A stretch of 64,000 nucleotides of DNA from Dehalococcoidia bacterium (lineage in GTDB: Bacteria > Chloroflexota > Dehalococcoidia > Plut-88900), in NCBI GenBank assembly GCA_965249275.1, contig CBDFLQ010000006.1, forward strand, positions 128,001-192,000, written 5' to 3'. The notes below the pieces were generated by a model. It was not told where the DNA came from. It worked only from the letters and a program-made list of their open reading frames with translations, and made no database searches. Below, piece by piece: positions 40,897 to 51,809 of the stretch. Position 1 is the first letter of the stretch, and each line of letters opens with the position of its first letter. Made by a program: the position numbers and the translations under genes.

Positions 40897-41160
40897 ATGG
40901 CCACCGTATTTATCCCGTCCCTGATGCGGACCCTATCCGGCGGTAAGGACCGCGCCGAGATTGAGGGTTCAACCGTGCGCCAGATCATCAAGAACCTTGA
41001 CGAGGTCTTTCCCGGAATGCAGAACCGGCTCACCGAGAACGGACGCCTCAAGGCCGCTTTTGCCGTCGCCGTAGACGGCGAAGTCTCCCAGCTTGGCATC
41101 CTCGAAAAAGTCCGCGAGGACAGCGAGGTCCACTTCCTCAACGCCATAGCCGGCGGCTAG
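40897..41160 (+). CDS. MoaD/ThiS-family sulfur carrier
   Basis: Ubiquitin-like size, C-terminal AIAGG. Confidence 0.88.
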   Translation: MATVFIPSLMRTLSGGKDRAEIEGSTVRQIIKNLDEVFPGMQNRLTENGRLKAAFAVAVDGEVSQLGILEKVREDSEVHFLNAIAGG

Positions 41161-41178
41161 ACGGGGCCCCGCACCAAC

Positions 41179-41658
41179 ATGGAGCAGCCCAACCCCATAA
41201 CCGAACTCACCTACGAAGACGCCCAGATCGGCTTCGCGTTCGCCCCCTACACCTTCCACGTCACCCGAGACCTCGTTGACCGCTTGGCTGACCTCCTCGA
41301 AGAAGACCTCTCCCTCTTCCGAGATTCCGACGCCGCCAAAAACGCCGGCTATTCACAAATCGTAGCTATGCCCGTGCTCATGAACTGCTACGCCCACTTC
41401 ATCGCCATCATGGATGGCGCAGGTTACCGACGCCCCGGCGAGTCATTCCACTCCCGTTCCGGCTTCACCTTCATCGCGCCCGTCTACCCCGGCGACACCA
41501 TCACCAGCAAGATGAAGATCGTCGACAAGTGGGTTAAGCGAGACCACCAGTACCTCGCATTCCGCATCGAGAGCCGTAACCAGAGCGGCGTCCTGGTGGC
41601 CGAGAAATACCACGCCAGCGTCTGGCCCAGCGAGAACACCGTCCGCCCGAGCCCCTAG
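41179..41658 (+). CDS. MaoC-like hotdog-fold protein
   Basis: D.DAAK.AGY..IVA, F.APVYPGDTI. Confidence 0.8.
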   Translation: MEQPNPITELTYEDAQIGFAFAPYTFHVTRDLVDRLADLLEEDLSLFRDSDAAKNAGYSQIVAMPVLMNCYAHFIAIMDGAGYRRPGESFHSRSGFTFIAPVYPGDTITSKMKIVDKWVKRDHQYLAFRIESRNQSGVLVAEKYHASVWPSENTVRPSP

Positions 41659-41674
41659 CCCCGAGGAGAGCGTC

Positions 41675-42109
41675 ATGGCCCAAGCCGGAGCGACTACCAT
41701 CCGAAAAGACGATACCGTCCCGACTCTCACCCGCACCATCACCGAGGAGATGGTCATCGCCTATGAAGATCTCTTCGAGAGAATAGCCGCCCGCAGCGAT
41801 TGGAGGGCCAGCTTCCACGCCGACCGTGAAGCCGCCTCCCAGACCATGTACCAGGAACCCATCGCCCAGGGCGTCCTCACCGAGGCCCTCTTCTCCGTCC
41901 TCCTCACCCGCTGGCTCCCCAATCCCAAGGGTTGGATCGAAGGCGGCACCCTCACCACTAAGTTCATCGCCCCCGTCTGGTACGGCGACACCCTAACCTA
42001 CCATGCAGAAGTCTCCGACATCGACGCCGCCACCGTCCACCTAAACATCTGGGCCAAAGACCAGAACGGCAAAAAAGTCATCGTCGGCGAAGCCTCCGCC
42101 CTCCTCTAA
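41675..42109 (+). CDS. MaoC-family dehydratase
   Basis: FHAD.EAA...PIAQG, KFIAPVWYGDTL. Confidence 0.82.
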   Translation: MAQAGATTIRKDDTVPTLTRTITEEMVIAYEDLFERIAARSDWRASFHADREAASQTMYQEPIAQGVLTEALFSVLLTRWLPNPKGWIEGGTLTTKFIAPVWYGDTLTYHAEVSDIDAATVHLNIWAKDQNGKKVIVGEASALL

Positions 42110-42385
42110 CCCACCTCCCTCCCTCCCCCGTAGGGGTAGATCTCGTGCCTACCCTCCCGGACCTTCTTCCACCCACCTCGCTCTCGGCAGACTCAACGCC
42201 AACTACCCTGTCATTCCGAGGCCACGCGAGGAATCTAACGCCCTTCATTAACAATCTGTTTCAGGAAACCCCCTCACCGAATGGCCCCCGAATCCTCTCT
42301 TCCTCAACCAGTGTCCAGAGAGATCAGTAACACTCGTTCGGGGACATAGGTAACACATTCCATAGGGTCACGTTGCAATGCTCCT

Positions 42386-43579
42386 TCACGGAATAACCCC
42401 CTCCCCCTTCATCCCCTCAATCTCCTCCCAGGAATACCCATACTCCAGGAGCACCTCTTCCGTATGCTGCCCAGTCTCGGGCGCCGGCCCCCGAGCCCCA
42501 TTCTCCGTCGCACTGAACTTCACCGGAAAGTTAATCGTCCTGTACTCACCGAACTCCGGGTGCTCCAGCGTCTCAAAAGCCTCTATCGCCTCTGCCTGCG
42601 GGTCTTCCGCAACCTCCACCAGATTTTGAATCGGGGCCCAGATCACCTCGTTCTCGGTCAAAAGCGGCGCCCACTCATCCCGGGTCTTCGTCGCGAAAAT
42701 CTTGTCGAACAACGCGTTTAGCTCAACGCAATGTTCTAGAAGCCCTTCCACCGTGGAGTACTCCGGCACATTCTCCAGGTCGGCAAGCCCCAGGGCCCGA
42801 CACGTCCGTTGCCAGTAGGGGCAGGGATTTGGGTTCTCCAAGATCAACCACTTCCCGTCTTTTGCCTGGTACCAGTTCGTAATGGGGCTTTCATTCTCGT
42901 GGCGGTAGGGTCTGCGCTCAGCGTCTCGGCCATTCACCAACGTCCTCTGCAGGTCCGCCCCGATAACCCACAGACCAGTGCCGAAAAGCGACCCCGACAC
43001 CTCCTGCCCCTCCCCCGTCCTCTCCCGATAATACAGCGCACCCAGCACTCCCGCCAGCAAACCCAGAGAAGTGGAATGGTCCCCCATTCCGCCCCGCTGC
43101 AGGATGGGAGGTTCACCCGGCCATCCCATCAGGTTCATAATTCCCGACCGCGACCAAAACGCCCCGAAATCCATACCCAGCCTGTCATATTGTGGCCCCT
43201 TCTCCCCGTACCCCGTGAAGGAAACGTAGATAAGCCGGGAGTTGATGGCCTTCAAGTCTTCGTAGGTAACCCCAAACCTTCGCCTGCGCCTGGGCAGCAG
43301 GTTGGTCACGAACACGTCCACGCTCTTGGCAATCTTGTGCACTATCTCCTGCGACCGTGGATGACTCAGGTCCAGCGCTATGTCTCTCTTGCCCCGATTG
43401 TCCTGCTCGAAAGCATAGTTAACCGGGTCTCCTGCACGATACCCCCGCCACGGATCTCCCCTGTGAGGCTCGACCTTTATAACGTCGGCCCCCAGGTCAG
43501 ACAGCAGAGCCGCCGCCGCGGGCGCCGCAAGCCAGTTGGCTATTTCCAGGACCTTTATTCCATCAAGTATTCTGGTCAT
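42386..43579 (-). CDS. Class III CoA-transferase (CaiB/BaiF)
   Basis: LDGIKVLE, LGADVIKVEP..GDP, NRGKR, APETGQHTEEVL. Confidence 0.92.
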   Translation of the reverse strand: MTRILDGIKVLEIANWLAAPAAAALLSDLGADVIKVEPHRGDPWRGYRAGDPVNYAFEQDNRGKRDIALDLSHPRSQEIVHKIAKSVDVFVTNLLPRRRRRFGVTYEDLKAINSRLIYVSFTGYGEKGPQYDRLGMDFGAFWSRSGIMNLMGWPGEPPILQRGGMGDHSTSLGLLAGVLGALYYRERTGEGQEVSGSLFGTGLWVIGADLQRTLVNGRDAERRPYRHENESPITNWYQAKDGKWLILENPNPCPYWQRTCRALGLADLENVPEYSTVEGLLEHCVELNALFDKIFATKTRDEWAPLLTENEVIWAPIQNLVEVAEDPQAEAIEAFETLEHPEFGEYRTINFPVKFSATENGARGPAPETGQHTEEVLLEYGYSWEEIEGMKGEGVIP

Positions 43580-43679
43580 AGGTTAGAGATGTCCGAGCCG
43601 CAAATGCCGGTCAAGTATAATGGCCTCGGCAAACGAGCGACAACGCGGACTCCGAGACCTCAGAAAGGGGCAGCCAGAC

Positions 43680-44777
43680 ATGCTAATAGACGGCCACGCT
43701 TACATATTCGAGCCCATGGACTCTGCCGCCGGATACCCGGCCATCGAGCAAAAGATGCGGGCCGTGCAGCAGGAGCTGTCGATCCACCACCAACCTGTCT
43801 GGCGAGTCCGGGACCGGGCCCGTGCCGACAACTCCGTCCTCGCCGACCCAGACTCCGGTGCCCTTCACGAGGTTTCCTGGGGCCGGGACAAGGACCGCCT
43901 GACCTGGACATATGAAGGTGAGACCTACACCAAGCAATACCTTCCCCCCATGCTCAACAACCTCGAAATGCCCGCTGAGCGCCTAATCGCCGAGATGGAC
44001 TACGCCGACGTCGATATAGCCATCCTTCACAACGCCTCCCACCTTGGCCGCAACAACAAGCTCCACTCCGAGGCCACCGCCCAATACCCAGACCGCCTCA
44101 AGAGCCTCATGCACGTGCCCGAGACCGACATCCCCTCCGACCCATCCGCCGCCCTACGGGAAGTCGAGCGTTGGCTTAACGCCGGGGGCGTCTGCGGCTT
44201 CCAGTTCTTCACCCGTTCCTACTGGGGCGGCGGCCGTGAAGAGAGCTGGAACATGGGCCCCATGCGAGAATTCTGGCGGGGCATCTCGAGACTGGGACTC
44301 CCCGTTTACTTCACCGTACAACCCAGGGCCGGGCTCGCCTTCGTAAAATCCGGCGCCGACAGTTACCTTCATGAACTCGACACCCTCCACGACTGGATGC
44401 AAGAGTATCCCGATCTCTCCGTCGTCCTCACCCACGGCCTCAGCTGGGGCAACTTCCGCCAGGACGACCGCATCATCCTCCCCAAAGCCGTTTGGCGTGT
44501 ATTCGAATCCGACAAATGTCACCTCCAACTCCTCTTCCCCATCCAACTCGGCGGCATCTGGCAGTACCCTTTCAAGAACGTCGAGCCAACCGTTGAAGAG
44601 ATAGTTCAACGCATCGGGTCCGACCACGTCATCTTGGGCACCGACTTACCCATGGTCGCCCGATTCTGGACCTACCGACAGACCATCGACCAGTACCGGG
44701 TCCACTGCCCCTTCCTTTCCGACGAAGACCGCGCCAATATCCTCGGCGCCACCGTCGCCCGAATTCACAACCTTTAA
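43680..44777 (+). CDS. Amidohydrolase_2 family protein
   Basis: IDGHAY, THG, LGTDLP, ILGATVAR. Confidence 0.8.
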   Translation: MLIDGHAYIFEPMDSAAGYPAIEQKMRAVQQELSIHHQPVWRVRDRARADNSVLADPDSGALHEVSWGRDKDRLTWTYEGETYTKQYLPPMLNNLEMPAERLIAEMDYADVDIAILHNASHLGRNNKLHSEATAQYPDRLKSLMHVPETDIPSDPSAALREVERWLNAGGVCGFQFFTRSYWGGGREESWNMGPMREFWRGISRLGLPVYFTVQPRAGLAFVKSGADSYLHELDTLHDWMQEYPDLSVVLTHGLSWGNFRQDDRIILPKAVWRVFESDKCHLQLLFPIQLGGIWQYPFKNVEPTVEEIVQRIGSDHVILGTDLPMVARFWTYRQTIDQYRVHCPFLSDEDRANILGATVARIHNL

Positions 44778-44802
44778 ATACAACATCCTCCGGAGGACAC
44801 CT

Positions 44803-45972
44803 ATGAACAATGGCTTCAAAGTCATGGACAGCGACATCCACGTCTCCGAGCCCCCCGACCTGTGGATCGACTACATCGACCCCGCCTTCCGAGGCGTTGC
44901 CCCGCGCAAGATGTCCATGAACGGCCGCTCCGAGACCTGGCACTGCCTTGGCAAGCCTCTCCCCGCCTTTATCGACAGGCCCGAACGCCAGCGTGGCCTC
45001 GATATCCGCAACGAGATCGCCCGTCAGAAAGCTGAAAGCGAAGGGATATACCAGGTCGACAAGCACGAGTCGGGCAGCCCGGGCGTTGAGGAGGAAGAAG
45101 GCTCCCGCCCTGAGCACATGCTCGAAGCTGTCAAGGTGGAAGGCTTGGATGCGGCCGTCTGTTTCCGTACCATGGCTGCCCACGTCATCGGCATCGACGA
45201 CATGGACCCCAATATCGCCGCCGCCATATGCCGGGCCTTCAACCGCTGGCTTCGGGACTACTGCGATGCGGATCCATCCGTCCTCAAGCTCGGCGCCCTC
45301 GTTCCCATGCACGACGTCAACCTCGCTATCCAGGAAGCCGAGTTCGCGGTCAACGAGCTCGGTGCCGTGACTCTCGTCCTACCCAGTAACCCAGTCCGCG
45401 AACTCCCCTGGTACGACCCCTCCTACGAACCATTCTGGGCCGCCGCCCAATCTCTCGGAGTCCCTGTCTCATTCCATGGCATCCAGATGGCCTACCAGGA
45501 CCACCTTGCCAGGCGTTACATGGACAACCACGCACTGGGCCACTCCGTCGCCCACCCCGTCGAAATGATGTGCACCCTCGGTGCAATGATCACCGGCGGT
45601 GTCCTCGAAAGAATGCCCACGCTTAAGGCCGCCTTCCTGGAGGGCCACAGCAGCTGGGTGCCATGGTGGCTCTACTGCCTCGACGAGCACGAGGAAATGA
45701 TGGGCGACAAAGACCGCTTCGGCCTCACCCGTGCCCCGAGCGAGTACTTCCTCGAACGCTGCTTCGTCTCCGTTGACCCCGACGAGGCACTCGTCAAATA
45801 CACCATCCAGGCCATCGGGTCCAAAAATCTCGTCATCTCCACCGACTGGCCCCACAACGACTCCGCCTATCCCCATGCCATCGAGACCTTCCTCTCCCTC
45901 GAAGACGTCCCCGAGTCCAGCCAGCGAGAAATCCTCTGGGACAACTGCGCCCGCCTGTACAACATCTCGTGA
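44803..45972 (+). CDS. Amidohydrolase_2 family protein
   Basis: MDSDIHVSEP, FNRWL, GGVLER.P.LK, STDWPHND, ILWDNCARLY. Confidence 0.88.
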   Translation: MNNGFKVMDSDIHVSEPPDLWIDYIDPAFRGVAPRKMSMNGRSETWHCLGKPLPAFIDRPERQRGLDIRNEIARQKAESEGIYQVDKHESGSPGVEEEEGSRPEHMLEAVKVEGLDAAVCFRTMAAHVIGIDDMDPNIAAAICRAFNRWLRDYCDADPSVLKLGALVPMHDVNLAIQEAEFAVNELGAVTLVLPSNPVRELPWYDPSYEPFWAAAQSLGVPVSFHGIQMAYQDHLARRYMDNHALGHSVAHPVEMMCTLGAMITGGVLERMPTLKAAFLEGHSSWVPWWLYCLDEHEEMMGDKDRFGLTRAPSEYFLERCFVSVDPDEALVKYTIQAIGSKNLVISTDWPHNDSAYPHAIETFLSLEDVPESSQREILWDNCARLYNIS

Positions 45973-45983
45973 GTTAAACCTTC

Positions 45984-46967
45984 TTGCTGAATAAAGCCGG
46001 GATTACCGTCACGTCCGTAGTACTCGCCGTCCTGCTGATGTGTATCGCCTGTGGCCCGACACCCCCCACCCTCCCCCTCCTCGACGCCATAGACCAGGAG
46101 GATACGGATGTCGTCCGGGCCCACATGGAGATCGGCACAGACCCCGACAAGACATTCATCCCTCCGGGCATCCCATTCACCGGGGCCTCGGCCCTCCACG
46201 TTGCAGTCCTTAAGGACAACCGAGAAATAGTCCAACTCCTCCTCGATAACGGCGCAGACATCGATATAAGGGCGCTGGACGATTCCGAGGGCTCACCTCT
46301 CGAATGGGCGGCCTACTTCGGGCTCAATGACATGGCCGTCTTCCTCGTAGAGTCTGGGGCAGACATCAACGCCAGAAACGCTTACGGCACCACGCCCCTT
46401 GACGCCGCTTATGCCAACAACCCCTTCATCCCCGAAGAGGATCGCAACCGGTTCAACGCAAACCGCGACCTCATAAGTGCATATCTGATTGAGGAGGGCG
46501 CCGAGTCCACCACCCCGGTCCTCACCCTCCTGGACGCCATCGATCAGGGCAACGCAGACGCCATACTGGCTCACATGGAGTCCGGCACGAACCCCGACAA
46601 TATCTTCATCCCGCCGGGACTTCCCTTCGCCGGCGCCTCAGCCCTCCACGTCGCAGTCCTTAAGGATAACTAGGAGATGGTCCAACTCCTCCTCGACAAC
46701 GGTGCCGACATCGAAATAAGGGCATTGGACGAGTTCAAAGGCTCCCCTCTGGAATGGGCTGCCTTCTTCGGCCTCAAGAACATGGCCGTATTCCTGGTAG
46801 AGTCCGGCGCCGGCATCAACTCCAAGAACGCCTACGGCACAACCCCCCTCGACGCCACCTCCTCCGACAACCCCTTTATCCCCGAAGAGGACCGCAAGCA
46901 GTTCGACGAAAATCGCTTCTTCCTAAGGCAATACCTCTCCGAAAAAGGCGCCCAGTCCGGCCGGTAA
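45984..46967 (+). pseudogene. Ankyrin-repeat lipoprotein with two 150-aa modules, interrupted by in-frame TAG (46671-46673)
   Basis: IACG lipobox; SALHVAV..IVQLLLDNGADI, SPLEWAA, TTPLD. 450-bp internal duplication. TAG aligns with CGA in the first module. Confidence 0.7.
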
Positions 46968-46977
46968 ACCCCACCCC

Positions 46978-47889
46978 CTACCGCCCACCAAACAGCGGAA
47001 TAACCTCCCGCGCAATCCTCTCCGGCATCTCAGCCGTCACTTCCTCCGGCCCTGACGGACTGAATATGAAGTGCTCCACCCCCGCATCCCGGTACTCTCC
47101 CATCCGAGCCACAATCTCCTCCGGCGTCCCCAAAAGCGCGTACCTTCGCACGATGCTGTCGAATGACTGGCCGTAGTCACCACCCAACGCCTGGCTCGAC
47201 ATCCGGGCTGCTTCGTCATAGCTGTCGTCTATACATATGGGGACCCACACCGTCGGCTCTATCTCCTTCGGGTCCCGGCCTGCGCCCTCTGCGATCTCTA
47301 TAATCTGCTCCCACCCCTCTTTGAACAGCTCTGGCGAATACATATACGGAATCCACCCATCGCCGTACAGTGCCGTCCTCCGCACCGACTTCCTCCGCCC
47401 CCCGACATAAATCGGCGGATGGGGTTTCTGCACCGGTTGCGGTTTCAGCCCCACGTCTTCCAGTTGATAAAACCGCCCGGAAAACGTCACTGACTCCTCA
47501 GTCCACAGCCGTTTCATTAGCCGCATGATCTCGTTGGCCCGCGGCCCTCGCTCATTCACCGGCACACCCATCGCCTCGAACTCTTTCGTGTATTCCCCCC
47601 CAATCCCGATCCCGAACTTCACCCTCCCCCCCGATAGGTGGTCCAGCGTGGTCACCGCCTTGCACATCAGTATCGGGTGCTTCAGAGGGATCAGCACTAT
47701 TGCCGTGCCCAACTCGATGCGTTCCGTCACCGCCGCCGCGGCCGCCATCTGCATCAGGCTGTCCTGGATCGGGTGCCGCCACACGACGTGCTCCCCCGCC
47801 CACACCGAGTCGAAGCCAAGGTCCTCGGCCTTGCGCGCCTGCCCCGCCGGGTCTCCCCCACTCTCCTTAAGCGTAATCCCGAATTTCAT
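46978..47889 (-). CDS. LLM-class flavin-dependent oxidoreductase
   Basis: AEDLGFDSVWAGEH, TLDHLSGGR, PVQKPHPPIYVGG, YGDGW. Confidence 0.9.
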   Translation of the reverse strand: MKFGITLKESGGDPAGQARKAEDLGFDSVWAGEHVVWRHPIQDSLMQMAAAAAVTERIELGTAIVLIPLKHPILMCKAVTTLDHLSGGRVKFGIGIGGEYTKEFEAMGVPVNERGPRANEIMRLMKRLWTEESVTFSGRFYQLEDVGLKPQPVQKPHPPIYVGGRRKSVRRTALYGDGWIPYMYSPELFKEGWEQIIEIAEGAGRDPKEIEPTVWVPICIDDSYDEAARMSSQALGGDYGQSFDSIVRRYALLGTPEEIVARMGEYRDAGVEHFIFSPSGPEEVTAEMPERIAREVIPLFGGR

Positions 47890-47905
47890 CGTCGCCGCCC
47901 GCCCC

Positions 47906-49270
47906 CTACCCCAGCTCCGAGCTCACGTCGCTCAGAATCTCGTTCAGGTTGCTGACTATGTAGTCCACCTCATCCCTTGTGACACACAGTGGAGGACTCA
48001 GGAAAATCAGGTTGCCCCGCTGCCGAGTCAGGATGCTGTGCTTCAGGAAGCCCTTGGTCAACTTCTCACCTAGCCCCGAGTCTTCGGCAAACTTCTCCTT
48101 CGTGTTCCGGTCCTTCACTATCTCCACCGCCGCCAGAAGCCCGAGACCCCCCCGCACGTCCCCGACTATCGGGTGCTCGTACAAAGTCTGAAGCTGCTCG
48201 TACATGTAAGTCCCCATATCCGCGGCGTTCTGCACCAGCCCCTCGCCTTCCAGGATGTCCAGGTTCGCTAACGACGCCGCACATGACACCGGGTGACCGC
48301 CGAACGTCAGAAGGTGCTTGAACGTCTTGTCCTCACCCCCGATGAACGTGTCGGCTACCGACTTCCGCGCCACCGCCGCCCCTATGGGCAAGTAGCCGCT
48401 CGAAAGGCCCTTGGCCATCGTCATTATGTCCGGCTGCAGGTCCCAGTGCTCCGACGCGAACATTTTCCCCGTCCGTCCAAACCCCGTGATCACCTCGTCG
48501 ACGATGAGAAGCACGCCGTATTTGTCGCATATCTCCCTGATCGTTGGCCAGTATTCGGGGTGCGGCACCATCATCGTAGCCGCCGAAATCGGCTCCGCGA
48601 TAATCGCCGCTACCGTTTCCGGCCCCTCGTGCAGTATCGCTCTCTCGAAGTCCCTGGCACACTCCACGTTACACTCACCGGCCATACTGCAGAACTGGCA
48701 CCGGTAGTTGTTCGGCTGGGAAACGTGAATGTTCCCCGGGATCAGAGGCCCGAATCCGCTTGTGCCGGGGTATCCTCCCAGGCTCATCAGCGCGAACGTA
48801 GCCCCATGGTAGGAGTTCTGGCGGCTGATGATCTTGTACCGACCCTTGTCGCCCCTGACCTGGTGGTACGCCTTCGCCATCTTCAGTGCTGACTCCACCG
48901 CCTCCGATCCACCGCTCACCATAAACACACGAGACTCCTTGTCCCGTGACAAGCTAGCCAGCCTTGTGGCCAGCTTAAGCGCCGGAACGTTGGTAGTGTT
49001 CTCCGGCGAGTATGTGATGTGTTGCATCTGCTCATACACCGCGTCGGCTATCTCCGTCCGGCCGTATCCAATATTCTTCAGCCACATCCCCGACAGCACG
49101 TCGATGTATTTCCTGCCCTCGGTGTCCTCCACCCAGCACCCCTTCCCGTCTGCCATCACGTGGAGTCCGTCCTCCTTGTCGAAGTCGGCTACCTGCTGAG
49201 AGTGAGGCCAGAAGTGATCGCGGGCCATTTTTTTCAGCTCGTCTGCGCTGGGGGATTGGATAGACGCCAT
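47906..49270 (-). CDS. Class III aminotransferase (omega-amino acid type)
   Basis: SGGSEAVE, SYHG, DEVITGFGRTG, MAKGLSSGYLP. Confidence 0.92.
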   Translation of the reverse strand: MASIQSPSADELKKMARDHFWPHSQQVADFDKEDGLHVMADGKGCWVEDTEGRKYIDVLSGMWLKNIGYGRTEIADAVYEQMQHITYSPENTTNVPALKLATRLASLSRDKESRVFMVSGGSEAVESALKMAKAYHQVRGDKGRYKIISRQNSYHGATFALMSLGGYPGTSGFGPLIPGNIHVSQPNNYRCQFCSMAGECNVECARDFERAILHEGPETVAAIIAEPISAATMMVPHPEYWPTIREICDKYGVLLIVDEVITGFGRTGKMFASEHWDLQPDIMTMAKGLSSGYLPIGAAVARKSVADTFIGGEDKTFKHLLTFGGHPVSCAASLANLDILEGEGLVQNAADMGTYMYEQLQTLYEHPIVGDVRGGLGLLAAVEIVKDRNTKEKFAEDSGLGEKLTKGFLKHSILTRQRGNLIFLSPPLCVTRDEVDYIVSNLNEILSDVSSELG

Positions 49271-49425
49271 AACACGACTCCTTTGGAGAGCATTCCTGAG
49301 ACTTGTGGGTAACGGGCACAGCCCCAACTAATCGGGGCCTCTGGCCTCGATTCTATACCCGCCCGCGAGGCTCGGTCAAACCTGTGTACTCGTTCGGTAG
49401 ACTAGCGACGCGCCGGGTTTTATTC

Positions 49426-50118
49426 AGTCCTCCTGAGGCGGATCTTCGATTGTGGGGTTTTGGGTGTTGGTTGTTTTGTTGGGGGGGGGGGTGGCGATGG
49501 AAGACGCCCATTTGGCAGAGCTGCTTGTTCGTGGACTTGCAGCCATCATGCCCTGATGCTAGATGGTATACACGGACAATTCTCGGGCCAGACGTCCGGC
49601 AGAGGCTCCTTATGGGGGCTGTATGCACGTGGGGGCATGTCGGGGCCAGGTATCCAGCTGTGCGAGGCCCCACAGCCTAACTAATAGTGTCCAAGTTCGC
49701 CGGAAAAGGACAGGAGCGAATATCCTCCGGGCACCCCCGCGCGGTAGCGCCAATCTCCAGCAATGCGGCCCGACGTTCGAGACGGTTCTCCATGGGGGTT
49801 ATGCGGTCCGCGGAGTGTATGCTCGGGTCACCCTTGATGCAATCTCCCGTACAGGGAGCAGAGTGGGAGCGTGAAGGCCAGGGCGTCTTTCCATCGCCTG
49901 ATGATCAGGGAAGGGGGCACGGGACCCGGTGGGGATGAGGAGATGGCGCCGGTCGCTTGTGCCGCGGGCCCCGTGTATGGGCCGTTGGGATGGGCTGGGG
50001 CGTTGAGTCCTCGGGTGGGTCGGGTGGGCTTCCCTAGTTTTTGGTTCCTCCTTAAGGTGGTTGGGTTAGGTGGTCCAGACCTGACTACAATATAGAACAT
50101 AAGTACTTAACATGTCAA
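49426..50118 (-). other. Dispersed structured intergenic element E4
   Basis: Reverse complement is homologous to E3. Long-range stem 49881-49898 / 49493-49509. Confidence 0.55.
50089..50118 (-). promoter_or_regulatory. Sigma70-like promoter with LexA-like box (element E4)
   Basis: On the - strand: TTGACA, 6 nt, GTAC-TTAT-GTTC, TATATT (box reads GAAC-ATAA-GTAC on +, 50095-50106). Confidence 0.75.
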
Positions 50119-50411
50119 GAGGGTGATGCACTCCTCTATGTGAACGGGTTCAACCTGCTCCTCTCCTACCCCCTCTCCCTCATCCCCGTGCCCCGACATG
50201 TGAATCCATTCCACGGGCGGGGCCGCTCACTTGGTCATCCTTAGTCTGCTAAACGTTACAATTCCATTACATTGTTGGTGTTTCAGATAAACCTGCTGGG
50301 GTGTATTGAGGAACGGCGCTTCTCCCCGTCATTGTCCCTCTATCCTTCCCTGTGATATACTCGCAGACGCTAATTTTAAGGCTATACGGGAAGGGAAAGA
50401 GCAACCTAAAC

Positions 50412-51302
50412 ATGGTACAAGAGACCGTAACGGAAGCACCAGCGGAAGCACAGGTAGAAGCGCCTCACCCCCAGGAGCAACGCCCTCCCGAGCCCGTGCC
50501 CGTAACCATGAAGCTGCTTCTCGAATCAGGCGTGCATTTCGGCCATCAGACCCGCCGTTGGCATCCCAAGATGAAGCGCTACATCTTCACCCAGCGCAAC
50601 GGCATCCACATCATCGACCTTCAGCAGACCATTACAATGCTCGACGACGCCTGCGATTTCATCCGCTCCATCGTCCTTGAAGGTGGCGAAATCCTCTTCG
50701 TCGGTACCAAGAAACAGGCCCAGGACGTAATACAGGAAGCGGCAGGCCGCTGCGGAATGCACTACGTCAACATACGTTGGCTCGGTGGCACCCTGACCAA
50801 CTTCAACACCATCCAGTCCCGCATCGACCACCTGGTTCGACTCGAAGACCAGAAGGAGAAGGGCGTATTCGAGTCCCTCCCCAAGAAGGAGGCGCAGAAG
50901 CTCGAGGACAAGATCGTCCGTATGAACCGGCTCCTCGGCGGCATCAAGGAGATGACCAAGCTCCCCGACGCCGTATTCATCGTCGACCCCGGCAAGGAGG
51001 ACATCGCCGTCAAGGAGTCCCGACGCGTTGATGTCCCCCTCGTAGCCATCGTGGACACGGACTGCGATCCTAATCTCATCAACCGCCCGATCCCCGGCAA
51101 CGACGATGCCATACGTTCCATCAAGCTCATCAGCGGCAAAATCGCCGACTCCGTCCTCGAAGGCATCCAACTTCGCCAGAGGCTCGCCGAAGAGCAGCAG
51201 AAGGCCTACGAAGAGGCCATGGTCGAGCCGGAAGACGTTTCCCAGACCTTCGTATCCGAATCCGAACTCCAGGACCCTGCCCCGTCCACCCCTCAGGAAT
51301 AG
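50412..51302 (+). CDS. rpsB: 30S ribosomal protein S2
   Basis: [39 protein letters not shown]. Confidence 0.97.
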   Translation: MVQETVTEAPAEAQVEAPHPQEQRPPEPVPVTMKLLLESGVHFGHQTRRWHPKMKRYIFTQRNGIHIIDLQQTITMLDDACDFIRSIVLEGGEILFVGTKKQAQDVIQEAAGRCGMHYVNIRWLGGTLTNFNTIQSRIDHLVRLEDQKEKGVFESLPKKEAQKLEDKIVRMNRLLGGIKEMTKLPDAVFIVDPGKEDIAVKESRRVDVPLVAIVDTDCDPNLINRPIPGNDDAIRSIKLISGKIADSVLEGIQLRQRLAEEQQKAYEEAMVEPEDVSQTFVSESELQDPAPSTPQE

Positions 51303-51305
51303 ACA

Positions 51306-51809
51306 ATGCCAATTTCAACCGATTCCATTAGAGATCTCCGGGAGCGTTCCGGGGCCGGTATCATGGACTGTAAGCGTGCCCTCGAAGCGACCGATGGCGC
51401 GATAGAAGCAGCCGAAAAGCTCCTCGCCCAGAAGGGCCTCGCCGTCGCCTCTAAGAAAGCGGGCCGCACCGCCGGTCAGGGTCTCGTAGACTTCTACGTC
51501 CACTCCGGTGGCAAGCTCGGCGCCATGGTCGAAGTAAACTGCGAGACAGATTTCGTCGCCAGGACTGACCAGTTCAAGTCCCTGGCCCACGATCTCGCGA
51601 TGCAAGTCGCTGCCATGAATCCCCAATTCGTCCGTGCCGACGAAATCCCCGAGGATTCCGCCTACTCTCCCGACGAAGCCGCCCTCCTTTCCCAGACCTT
51701 CATCAGAGACCCCTCCAAGACTGTCCAGGACCTCGTCAACGAGACCATAGGCCAAGTCCGCGAGAATATCCAGGTACGCCGCTTCACCAGGTTCGAGATC
51801 GGTAAGTGA
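51306..51809 (+). CDS. tsf: Elongation factor Ts (short form)
   Basis: [35 protein letters not shown]. Confidence 0.95.
   Translation: MPISTDSIRDLRERSGAGIMDCKRALEATDGAIEAAEKLLAQKGLAVASKKAGRTAGQGLVDFYVHSGGKLGAMVEVNCETDFVARTDQFKSLAHDLAMQVAAMNPQFVRADEIPEDSAYSPDEAALLSQTFIRDPSKTVQDLVNETIGQVRENIQVRRFTRFEIGK

Noticed and set aside
51306-51809. Truncated tsf pseudogene
   Set aside because: Short single-core EF-Ts is a known normal form in several phyla, and the motifs and operon context are intact.
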